Positions 25,314 to 33,911 of a stretch of 64,000 nucleotides of DNA are shown here, piece after piece (position 1 is the stretch's first letter; each line of letters opens with the position of its first letter). A program made the position numbers and the translations under genes. Source of the stretch: Thermoanaerobaculia bacterium (GTDB lineage Bacteria > Acidobacteriota > Thermoanaerobaculia > Multivoradales > JAHZIX01); contig JALXFE010000182.1 of NCBI GenBank assembly GCA_027069135.1, positions 67,175-131,174 of the forward strand, in the 5' to 3' direction. A model generated the notes under the pieces. It saw nothing but the letters and a program-made list of their open reading frames with translations, was not told the DNA's origin and did not search any database.

Positions 25314-27542
25314 TCAACTTCCAGAGTCCTCCCGCCTGCGCAGCTGCGCATCGACCAGGCGGGCGTAGGCTCCCGGTCTCTCCATCAACTCCTGATGGGT
25401 TCCCCTCTCGACGATCCTCCCTCCCTCCATTACCAGAATCTGATCGGCGGCCATGATGGTGCTGAGCCGATGGGCGATGACGATGCGGGTACAGCGCAGC
25501 TCGGCCAAAGCACTTTGGATCCGTGATTCAGTGAGGGCATCGAGGTTGCTGGTGGCTTCGTCGAGGAGCAGAATGGCGGGGCGATGAAGGAGGGCGCGGG
25601 CGAGGGCGAGGCGCTGGCGCTGGCCGCCGGAAAGGGAAGCGCCGCCGTCCGGCAGCATGGTGTCGAAGCCCATGGGCATGGCCAGGATTTCTTCTTCGAT
25701 CTGGGCCGTTCGGGCGGCTTCCCGGACCCGGTCCAAGGACGCCTCGGGATCTGCCAGGGCGATGTTCTCCCGGATCGATCCACCGAAGAGAAAGGGGTGC
25801 TGGAGGACGACGCCGAGCCGCGAGCGCAACGCCTGCAAATCGAGGCCCGCCAGGTCTTGTCCGTCGTAGAGGATCCGTCCCGAGGTCGGTCGGTAGAGCC
25901 CGACGCAGAGATGGGCGAGGGTTGATTTTCCGGCCCCGGAGGAACCCACCAACGCGACGAAGCTTCCGGGCTCGATGTCGACGGATACTTCCTGCACCAC
26001 CTTCGGCGCCTCGGCGCTATAACGGAAGCTGACGGTCTCCAAGAGGATGCCGCCGCGAAGCTTGGCAACGGCCGCCCCCTTTTGTCCGTCTCGCTCCCTA
26101 GGGGTTTCCATGACGTCCTGGATGCGTTCCAGATAGCTCCCCAGGAGTTGTAGCTGAACGCCGGTCGAGACCAGGGTAGAAAGGGGGCCGAGGAAGCCCA
26201 CCGCCAGGGCGTTGAGAGCCAGCATCGTGCCCAGAGTGAGCTCACCCTCGAGGACCAGGAATCCCCCGAAGACCAGGACGATCAGGGGCGAGGCGGTGGC
26301 CAGGGCGGAGAGCAGGGAGTCAAAGAGGGCGTTCAGGCGGCCCCGGGCCAGGGAGACGTTGAGCTCGTCGGTGAAAAGGCCGGACCAATGCTCCACCGCT
26401 CTGCGCTCTGCCCCTACGGTCTTGAGGGTTTCAATCCCCGTCAACATCTGCACCTGAAAGGCCCGGGACCGGGCCTCGGTGCTGAGAGATTCCGCCATGA
26501 GAGCCCGTTGCCGGCGACGGGTAGCCAGGAACAATCCGACCCGCAGAGCTCCGAGGAAGAGCACCAGGAGCGCGATGGGCACGTGAGTCAGAAACATCAG
26601 GACGAGGTAGAGACCGACGAGCACACCGTCGAGGATCCCCGAGAGGGCGCCGGAGGTGAGAATCTCCCGGATGGTCGAGTTGCTGTTGAGGCGCATCATG
26701 AGATCGCCAGCGGAGCGCTGCTGAAAAAAGGCGTAGGGGAGCTCGACCAGATGATCGAGAAACTCCAACGTCATTCGCCAATCGAGCTGAGTGCGCAGCT
26801 GGAGGAGCAAGTAGGCGCGGACGAGAGAAGAGAGAAAGTCGAAGACGACGATGGCTCCAAGGCCGACGGCAGCCACCGTCAGCAGGCCGTAATCTCCCCG
26901 GGGCACAACCCGGTCCACCAGCAAGGCGGTCCAGAGAGGAAGGGCCAAAGCCAAGAGCTGGAGGAGTACCGACATCACCAGGAGGCGCGAGAGAAGCCCG
27001 GAGTGCTCGAGGATCCGACGCAGGTAGCGCCCGACACCTCGGGAGCGGGGGCCGGAAGTCTCGAAGTCCTCTCCCGGTCGCAGGGTCAATGCGATGCCGG
27101 TGAAGGATCGTTCCAGCTCCCCGCGGGAGACGGTCCGTTTCCCGGCCGTCGGATCGACGATCCGGGCGCCCTTGCCGGTCAGTTTTTCCAGAACCACGAA
27201 ATGATCCATCTGCCAGTGAAGGATCGATCCCGGCTCGAGGAACTCGAGATCTCCGACTTCCTCGATGCGGACCCCCCGGCCCTGCAACCCGAATCGACGG
27301 GCGGTCTCGAGGAGAGTCCGGGCGTCCGCGCCGTCGCGGCCGATGCCGCAGGCATTCCGGACTTCGTCCAGGCCCACCGGCTTTCCGAAGTAGGCCAGGA
27401 CCATGGCCAGGCAGGCGGGCCCACAGTCGGTGGCGGAGGTCTGCAGGATCGGCAGAAGGGTCCGACGGCGCCGAGCACCCAGGCCCATGAGGAGGGGGAA
27501 TCGCCTCGCCAGGGCGTCGAAGAAGCGGGAGCTACTCTTCAT
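25314..27542 (-). CDS. lanT: Peptidase C39-containing ABC transporter (LanT/PCAT)
   Basis: QTSATDCGPACL and HFVV peptidase motifs; TM domain; GSSGAGKST, LSGGQRQR, LLLDEAT, IAHRLST. Confidence 0.95.
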   Translation of the reverse strand: MKSSSRFFDALARRFPLLMGLGARRRRTLLPILQTSATDCGPACLAMVLAYFGKPVGLDEVRNACGIGRDGADARTLLETARRFGLQGRGVRIEEVGDLEFLEPGSILHWQMDHFVVLEKLTGKGARIVDPTAGKRTVSRGELERSFTGIALTLRPGEDFETSGPRSRGVGRYLRRILEHSGLLSRLLVMSVLLQLLALALPLWTALLVDRVVPRGDYGLLTVAAVGLGAIVVFDFLSSLVRAYLLLQLRTQLDWRMTLEFLDHLVELPYAFFQQRSAGDLMMRLNSNSTIREILTSGALSGILDGVLVGLYLVLMFLTHVPIALLVLFLGALRVGLFLATRRRQRALMAESLSTEARSRAFQVQMLTGIETLKTVGAERRAVEHWSGLFTDELNVSLARGRLNALFDSLLSALATASPLIVLVFGGFLVLEGELTLGTMLALNALAVGFLGPLSTLVSTGVQLQLLGSYLERIQDVMETPRERDGQKGAAVAKLRGGILLETVSFRYSAEAPKVVQEVSVDIEPGSFVALVGSSGAGKSTLAHLCVGLYRPTSGRILYDGQDLAGLDLQALRSRLGVVLQHPFLFGGSIRENIALADPEASLDRVREAARTAQIEEEILAMPMGFDTMLPDGGASLSGGQRQRLALARALLHRPAILLLDEATSNLDALTESRIQSALAELRCTRIVIAHRLSTIMAADQILVMEGGRIVERGTHQELMERPGAYARLVDAQLRRREDSGS

Positions 27543-28176
27543 CGCCGTCCAAGAATTCCGCGAGCGGGGGCAACAGGCGCGACAGGATGCGCTCGGAACG
27601 AATCAGGATCTCGACGGTTCCCTGGAGCCCATGGTGGTACGGGAGAGAATCGTTGCCGATCTCGAAGCTCTCCCCCGGAAGCCGGGCGAAGGCGATAGCC
27701 AAGGGACCTGAAAGGGTCATGGCGTCGGCAAGGTCGGTGTCCAGGAGGCGGTCCAGCTCAAGAGGTCCTAGAATCCGCTCCTCGACCCGGTCTACGGTCA
27801 GTCGCTGGTAGCTGGTGCCGTAGCCTCGCAGGCTCAGATGCAGGGGCATACCAGGGCCGAGGACGGGACGATAGTGGCCGGGAAACACAGCGATGAGGGT
27901 GGGGCTCGAAACCTTGCTCCGGTCCGGCATTAGCACCATAGCGGTGCCCTGGGCATATTCCCCGATTGTCCCCAAGACCCCGAAGAGTATCGCGCTGGCC
28001 ACCACCAGGAGCACAAGCCCTTCGACCCAGCGGATCCAGCGGGGAGAAATCTCCAACGGACCGGTCAAGCGGCGATGCCCGGCAGCATGGGCCGCGACCG
28101 CTTGGCGGCGGAAGAGGCCCTGGCGCGGCTTTTCCGGAGCAGAGCTTGTTGCCGGACGAGATCGCTGTTCCATCAT
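27532..28176 (-). CDS. Short HlyD/membrane-fusion-like accessory protein
   Basis: LFRRQAV N-terminal motif, one TM helix, beta-barrel-like C-terminus ending GTVEILIRSERIL; overlaps lanT. Confidence 0.7.
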   Translation of the reverse strand: MMEQRSRPATSSAPEKPRQGLFRRQAVAAHAAGHRRLTGPLEISPRWIRWVEGLVLLVVASAILFGVLGTIGEYAQGTAMVLMPDRSKVSSPTLIAVFPGHYRPVLGPGMPLHLSLRGYGTSYQRLTVDRVEERILGPLELDRLLDTDLADAMTLSGPLAIAFARLPGESFEIGNDSLPYHHGLQGTVEILIRSERILSRLLPPLAEFLDGDEE

Positions 28177-28351
28177 TGATGAGCTTATCCTAATCTCTCG
28201 AGTAAATAGAGAAGACTTGGCGGTGGGCGGAGCCTTGCGTACCCCATCTTGCTAGAGTACAGTCCTTATCACCCCTCCTTATCTTTGGAAGCCGGGTTTC
28301 GGCTTCGAGAGGCTACCCAGAAGATTGTTTGACCGAAAGCTGAGTGTGCGC

Positions 28352-28380
28352 TTGCGCACGTCTGTATGTCGCTATACACT
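28352..28380 (+). promoter_or_regulatory. sigma70-like promoter for the DUF1800-DUF1501 operon
   Basis: TTGCGC-17 nt-TACACT, about 105 nt upstream of ATG 28485. Confidence 0.5.
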
Positions 28381-28484
28381 CGGCCAACAGATTTCAGAGA
28401 GCTCGTAGAGCCGGAGAAGCGGCGGTGGATTTCTTACGAGCCGCAAGATCATGCCGCAGTCCTTAGCGGCGGGAAGGGGAGGAG

Positions 28485-30203
28485 ATGACGGAACCCACAA
28501 GACGGGTGAAACGTGATCGGCGCAGCCTGTTTTCTGCTGTGACGACCGGCTTGGCTCAGCGCTTGGATTCACGCTCCGCCAACGCGCAGCGTCGCCATTT
28601 CATGCGCACACCGCTCAATCCGGAATGGCCGAACGGGGAAGACCAGCGAGCGGTGCCGGGCCCGCCGTCGGCGGCGGTGATCGCCCTCAACCGGATGGGC
28701 TTCGGGCCGAGACCGGGGGACTTGGATGCCTTCAACGTTTTAGGCGCCGACGACACCCAGCGGATGCAAGCCTACGTCGCCCAGCAATTGGATCCCGACA
28801 GCCTTACGGATACCGATCTCGAGACCCGCCTTGCAGCGGCGAATTACACCACCCTCAACAAGACTCTCCTGGAGCTCTGGACTGATCATGTCGTCGCGGA
28901 TCCACCATACGAGGAACGGATCCGTCCCATGACGGAGACCGAGAGCATGACCTTTCTACGAGGGATCTTCAGCAAGAAGCAGCTCTTCGAAGTCATGGTT
29001 GAGTTCTGGCATAACCACTTCAGTATTTTCGGCCGGGAATTTGAGATCGCCCCTGTGTGGGTGCATTACGATCGGGACGTCATCCGCGCCAACGCGTTGG
29101 GCAACTTTCGTCAGATGCTGGGCGCCGACGCCGCCAGCACGGCCATGTTGCTCTACCTGGACAACTACGCCAACTCCGCCGACGGCCCCAACGAAAACTA
29201 TGCTCGGGAGCTCTTCGAGCTACATACCCTTGGCGCTGAGAATTATTACGGCCTGATCCCGCGCTCCCAGGTACCCACGGACGGCAACGGTGTCCCCGTG
29301 GGGTTCGTGGACGAAGATATCTTCGATGCGACCCGGGCGCTGACCGGTTGGACCGTGCGCAACCGGGATTGGGATCCGGATTTCGGCGACACCGGGGAGT
29401 TCTTTTACTACGCTCCCTGGCATGACGACGGTCCGAAAGCCTTCTTGAATGTCGTGATCGGTGGCGCTCAGCCTCCCATGAAGGACGGCCTGGACCTTTT
29501 GGATGCCCTGGCGGCCCATCCCGGGACCGGCCGATTCATCGCCCGCAAGTTGTGCCGCAGATTGATCGGGGACAGCCCGCCCCAGAGTCTCATCGACCAG
29601 GCGGCGGCGGTGTTCACCGCTCAGAAAGACGCACCGGATCAGATCAAACAGGTGCTGCAGACCATTCTGCTTTCGCCGGACTTTCTTTCTGCCTGGGGGG
29701 ATAAGGTCAAGCGGCCCTTCGAGATCGCCGTCAGCGCCTTGCGCATCGGTGACTCCCAGCTCAATTTCCACCTGGATGACGGAGATTCCGGAACCTTCCA
29801 ATGGCTCTTCCGGCAGACCGGCCATCACCTCTTCGACTGGCATCCTCCGAACGGCTATCCGGATTTCAAAGTGGCCTGGCAGAGCACGACCCCCCGGGTC
29901 ATGAGCTGGCGCTTGGTCAACTGGCTGGTGGACTCCGAGGACGACCTGGCCAATTACTACATGGACCTGGTGGGGGCGACGCCGGTGGGTGTGCGTTCCG
30001 CCAACGCCATAGTCGATTTTTGGGTAGACCGTGTCTTCGGTCGCACCATCGAACCGGTGAATCGTGCTGAGTTCGTCGATTTTATGGCCCAGGGTTTCCT
30101 CCCGAATTTGGATTTGCCCTTGGACACCGACGCCGACACCCAGAGCCGCCTGAGATCTCTCGTCGCTCTCATGTTCATGTCGCCGGAGTTTCTCTGGCGA
30201 TGA
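28485..30203 (+). CDS. DUF1800-family protein
   Basis: LNRMGFGPRPG, EFWHNHF, MLLYLDN..N....PNENYARELFELHTLG, LTGWT; strong GGAGGAG RBS. Confidence 0.93.
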   Translation: MTEPTRRVKRDRRSLFSAVTTGLAQRLDSRSANAQRRHFMRTPLNPEWPNGEDQRAVPGPPSAAVIALNRMGFGPRPGDLDAFNVLGADDTQRMQAYVAQQLDPDSLTDTDLETRLAAANYTTLNKTLLELWTDHVVADPPYEERIRPMTETESMTFLRGIFSKKQLFEVMVEFWHNHFSIFGREFEIAPVWVHYDRDVIRANALGNFRQMLGADAASTAMLLYLDNYANSADGPNENYARELFELHTLGAENYYGLIPRSQVPTDGNGVPVGFVDEDIFDATRALTGWTVRNRDWDPDFGDTGEFFYYAPWHDDGPKAFLNVVIGGAQPPMKDGLDLLDALAAHPGTGRFIARKLCRRLIGDSPPQSLIDQAAAVFTAQKDAPDQIKQVLQTILLSPDFLSAWGDKVKRPFEIAVSALRIGDSQLNFHLDDGDSGTFQWLFRQTGHHLFDWHPPNGYPDFKVAWQSTTPRVMSWRLVNWLVDSEDDLANYYMDLVGATPVGVRSANAIVDFWVDRVFGRTIEPVNRAEFVDFMAQGFLPNLDLPLDTDADTQSRLRSLVALMFMSPEFLWR

Positions 30204-30248
30204 ACCGCCCGACATCCAGATGAAAGAGTTGAGAGGAAGGGGAGAGAA

Positions 30249-31607
30249 ATGACCGAGATCACCCGACGCGGATTCGTCGCCGGCTGTTGCGCAGGGATTG
30301 CAGCCATGTCCGGCTCTCGTTTTAACACCATGGCCTTCGCGGATCCGGCCTTGAATCAGGAAACCCTGGTCGTCCTTTTTCTGCGGGGCGGGGTCGATGG
30401 CCTGAATCTCATCCCCCCCATCGGCGGGGCGGATCGGGGGCATTACGAGACGGCCCGGCCGCAGCTAGCGGTCCCTGATACGGGAGCCGGGGCCGCCCTA
30501 CCCTTGGGCGCGGAGCCCTTCGGCCTGCATCCCTCGGCGGCACCGTTGCACGAGCTCTATCAGGACGGTCGCTTGGCATTGGTGCATGGTGTCGGCCAGG
30601 GAGAACCGAACCGTAGTCATTTTGACGCCATGCAATTTATCGAGCTCGGAACCCCGGGGCAGAAGGGTACGCCGACGGGCTGGCTGGCCCGCTATCTGGC
30701 GACCGCTTCGAACCTCCCGGCGGAGATCATCATGCCGTCTTTGGCCGTCGGCAATCTGCAGACGACCTCGTTGCTGGGCGATTTCGAGACGGTGAACATG
30801 AGTAGTGCTGATCAATTCAACATGAATATCGGTCCGTGGCGGTGGCGCCCGTCCCAGCGTCAATCGCTCCGTCACCTCTACGAGGCGGATACCACTTGGC
30901 TCCATGCTTCCGGTCTCCAATCGCTCAACGCTCTGGACGTCGTGGAGCTCAACGTCAGCGGTGATTACACGCCGTCAAACGGTGCCGTATATCCCACCGG
31001 TCAGTTTGGCGATCATCTCCAGCTGATCGCCCGGATGATCAAGCTCGACCTGGGGTTGACCGTAGGTACTCTGGATCTGGGGGGTTGGGATACCCACAAC
31101 CAGCAGGGCCAGGGATCCGGTGGTTACTTCGCGGGCATCGTTCAAGAGCTGGCGGAGGGCCTGGCAGCCTTCTACGCCGACCTTGACGGCAATGGTGCCG
31201 AGAACTTCACCAGCCGCCTGACGGTGGTGGTGCAGAGTGAATTCGGCCGCCGGGTTGCCCAGAACGCGGACAACGGCACCGACCATGGCTTCGGCAATCC
31301 GATGATGGTCTTGGGCGGCAACGTCAACGGCGGTCTCCACGGAACCTTCCCGGGTCTGGCACCGGGCCAGCTCTACGAAGGGATCGACGTCGCCGTCACC
31401 ACGAATTACCGTCGGATCCTGAGTGAGATTCTCATACGACGCATGTGCAACCCCAACCTCGGCGCCATCTTCCCCGGGTACACCGGGTACGCGCCGCTGG
31501 GAGTGGTCCAGGGTACGGACTTGCCACCGGTCCTCGGCGACACGATCTTTGCCGACGGTTTTGAAAGCGGCGACACTTCCGGCTGGAGCGGGGCCATCGG
31601 CGGCTGA
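30249..31607 (+). CDS. DUF1501-family Tat-exported protein with C-terminal IFADGFESGD motif
   Basis: TRRGF Tat motif; VVLFLRGGVDGLN, RSHFDA, GGWDTH, SEFGRR, GTDHG. Confidence 0.93.
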   Translation: MTEITRRGFVAGCCAGIAAMSGSRFNTMAFADPALNQETLVVLFLRGGVDGLNLIPPIGGADRGHYETARPQLAVPDTGAGAALPLGAEPFGLHPSAAPLHELYQDGRLALVHGVGQGEPNRSHFDAMQFIELGTPGQKGTPTGWLARYLATASNLPAEIIMPSLAVGNLQTTSLLGDFETVNMSSADQFNMNIGPWRWRPSQRQSLRHLYEADTTWLHASGLQSLNALDVVELNVSGDYTPSNGAVYPTGQFGDHLQLIARMIKLDLGLTVGTLDLGGWDTHNQQGQGSGGYFAGIVQELAEGLAAFYADLDGNGAENFTSRLTVVVQSEFGRRVAQNADNGTDHGFGNPMMVLGGNVNGGLHGTFPGLAPGQLYEGIDVAVTTNYRRILSEILIRRMCNPNLGAIFPGYTGYAPLGVVQGTDLPPVLGDTIFADGFESGDTSGWSGAIGG

Positions 31608-31615
31608 GGGCGCCT

Positions 31616-33715
31616 TCAGCTCGGAAGAGTCGACGGTTCTGTCGGCCGCAGGATCCAGGCCAGCACCACCGCCGCCAGGGCCAGGGAGAGGAGGCCCCGG
31701 AGAGGGTGCCCGAGCAGGAGATCTCCAATTCCTGCTAAGGGGGCGAAGACGACGATCACTCCGCCTAAGAAGCGCAGCACCATGGGGCGTACCGGGTCCG
31801 CGGGAGAGTCCAGGTAAGGGCGGAAGCTGGGGCCTGGGGGACGCACTCGCCGAGCGAAGCTTCGGAGCGTGTGTTCCGAATTTCGAGGCCCCGCCAAGGA
31901 GACCGTGACCCAGGTGATCAGACTGGAGCCGGCGACCAGGAGAATCTTGGTCCACGGTTCGATGGCACCGAAAAAGAGCGGGTTGGCGGCGCCCAAGAGG
32001 GTGGGGGCGTCGAGGAGTTCGAGACCTAAAGCGACGGTGGTCGTCATCCCCAGAGCTGCGAATTCCGCCTGGGGCGTGACCCGGGCCCAATACCATCGGG
32101 CCGCGGCGACGCTGCCCAATCCTGCTCCCAAGGTGATGAGGAAACGCCACACGGAAGCGATATTGCCGATGAAAAGGGCGGTGATCCCTGCCAATAGGGC
32201 GATGAGGATGATGGCGATTCGGCTGACGGCGACGTAATGCTCGGCAGAGGCCTGGGGTCGCAAGAACCGGCGGTAGACATCTTGGACGAGGTAGGAAGCC
32301 CCCCAATTGGTGTGGGTGTCGATGGTGCTCATGAAGGCCGCGAGCAGGCTCACCACGACGAGTCCCAACAAACCCGGCGGTAGGGTACGGCCGAGAATCA
32401 GCGGATAGGCCATCTCCCGGTCGACGAGCTCGACTCGGAGGCCTGGGATCGAGAGATCTCCTTCGGCGCAGCGCAGACGAAGGTCGTAGGTGCCGGATTG
32501 ATCGAAGCCCTGGAATCGGAGGGTCGCCGCGGGGCCTGGATGTAGTGAGCCGGCGGCAGCAGGCTCCAGGGGAACCGTCTGGCCACCGGCATCGGCGTCG
32601 GTACAGCCGGGAGGTAGGCCGCGGATCTCTAGTTCGCCCCCGGTCGCCACGTCCAGGCTGGCGGGGGTCACAAAGAGGCTCCTCTCCGAGCTGCCGGGAG
32701 GTGCGAATGTCAGATTCTCCAGAGCTTCCCCGGGGAGGCGTGGGTAGATCACCAAGGCTGCCAGCCCCACCAGGAGCCAGGGCCAGGGCCTCAGGGAATT
32801 GTGCGCGACCGAAAACCAGAGGCTGGCCCCCTGGGCGTGGGCTTCGTTGCGACAGGCGGCGAACCGTTGCACCAGGTAGCCGGTGCCTTCCGCATATCGC
32901 CACCAGCCGGCCATGAGGAGCACGGCGAAGTACAGGGGGGGCAGGGTCGGATGATCCGGGGGCGGTAGGAGGTCCAGGACATCGGCCAAGGTCCGTCCCC
33001 CTTCCGCCTCGACGGCGCTCGCCAAGGAGCCCAGGAGTCCGCTGCCTTCCGTCCCGTCGGCAGGATTCGGGGCTTGGCCGATCCCTCCGAAGCTCTGGAC
33101 GACGAGGACCGCCAACAGAATGGCGCCGCCCATCCCCAAGGCGAATTGCACAAAGTCCGTGACCACGACGGATCGAAACCCACCCAGGAGGGTGTAGGCG
33201 ACGGAGACGATCACACAACCCGCCACCACCCAGGCGGGTTGCACATCGAAGAAGGCGCGGGCGATCTTGATCATGGCGGCGATCACCCAGGCCATGGTCA
33301 GGCAGTTGATGAAGATCCCGAAATAGATCGCCTTGACCCCTCGTAGCACCGCCGCTGGGCGTCCGCTGTAGCGAACCTCCGTGATCTCGGCGTCGGTGAT
33401 CACTCCGGAGCGGCGCCAGAGCCGGGCGAAGAAGAAAGTCGCCGTCAGGTGGGCGATGGCCCAGCTCCACCAGATCCAATTGCCGCTGATTCCGTCCGCC
33501 GCCACGATCCCCGTGACTGCCAGCGGGGTATCCGCGGCGAAGGTCGTGGCCACCATGGAAGTACCCGCCAACCACCAAGGCAGACGTCGGTCGCCGACGA
33601 AAAAGGACTCGAGCCCCTTCTTCGCCGACCGGGCGAAAAAGAACCCGACGGCCAAAGCGAAGACAACATAGCCAGCGATGACCGCGAAATCGACGGGATT
33701 GAGGGTGGGACGCAC
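31616..33715 (-). CDS. Sodium:solute symporter family protein
   Basis: LPWWLAGTSMVATTFAADTP, GGFRSVVVTDFVQF, AAFMSTIDTHTNWGASY; many TM helices. Confidence 0.93.
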   Translation of the reverse strand: MRPTLNPVDFAVIAGYVVFALAVGFFFARSAKKGLESFFVGDRRLPWWLAGTSMVATTFAADTPLAVTGIVAADGISGNWIWWSWAIAHLTATFFFARLWRRSGVITDAEITEVRYSGRPAAVLRGVKAIYFGIFINCLTMAWVIAAMIKIARAFFDVQPAWVVAGCVIVSVAYTLLGGFRSVVVTDFVQFALGMGGAILLAVLVVQSFGGIGQAPNPADGTEGSGLLGSLASAVEAEGGRTLADVLDLLPPPDHPTLPPLYFAVLLMAGWWRYAEGTGYLVQRFAACRNEAHAQGASLWFSVAHNSLRPWPWLLVGLAALVIYPRLPGEALENLTFAPPGSSERSLFVTPASLDVATGGELEIRGLPPGCTDADAGGQTVPLEPAAAGSLHPGPAATLRFQGFDQSGTYDLRLRCAEGDLSIPGLRVELVDREMAYPLILGRTLPPGLLGLVVVSLLAAFMSTIDTHTNWGASYLVQDVYRRFLRPQASAEHYVAVSRIAIILIALLAGITALFIGNIASVWRFLITLGAGLGSVAAARWYWARVTPQAEFAALGMTTTVALGLELLDAPTLLGAANPLFFGAIEPWTKILLVAGSSLITWVTVSLAGPRNSEHTLRSFARRVRPPGPSFRPYLDSPADPVRPMVLRFLGGVIVVFAPLAGIGDLLLGHPLRGLLSLALAAVVLAWILRPTEPSTLPS

Positions 33716-33911
33716 CGGGGCATTGTATGCGGTGGAGTCTCCGGGGGGAAACCTTGGCGGGCTTTGCGCCGAGGCGGCAACCGTTTGGATTCTGCCCGAG
33801 CCATTTCGATGGCAGGTATTCCTTGATGTATTATCAGGCTGTGTAGAGAAATTCGAAGAGGTGACCGCAAGGGATGAGGGCCTCCGCCGTCTTCATCGGA
33901 GGTGCCGAACA

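Noticed and set aside
14800-28200. Integrated mobile element carrying the TA, helicase and lanthipeptide genes
   Set aside because: I found no integrase, transposase, tRNA target or flanking direct repeats.
28290-28484. Riboswitch or ncRNA upstream of DUF1800 (several possible hairpins)
   Set aside because: I could not match any known aptamer consensus by eye, and part of the region is explained by a promoter. An Rfam/Infernal scan would be needed.
30975-33578. 867-aa minus-strand ORF, and other long shadow ORFs (e.g. 22802-24217, 26388-27698, 60255-62042, 61729-62766)
   Set aside because: Alternative-frame or antisense products of well-supported genes in GC-rich DNA, with no recognisable motifs.
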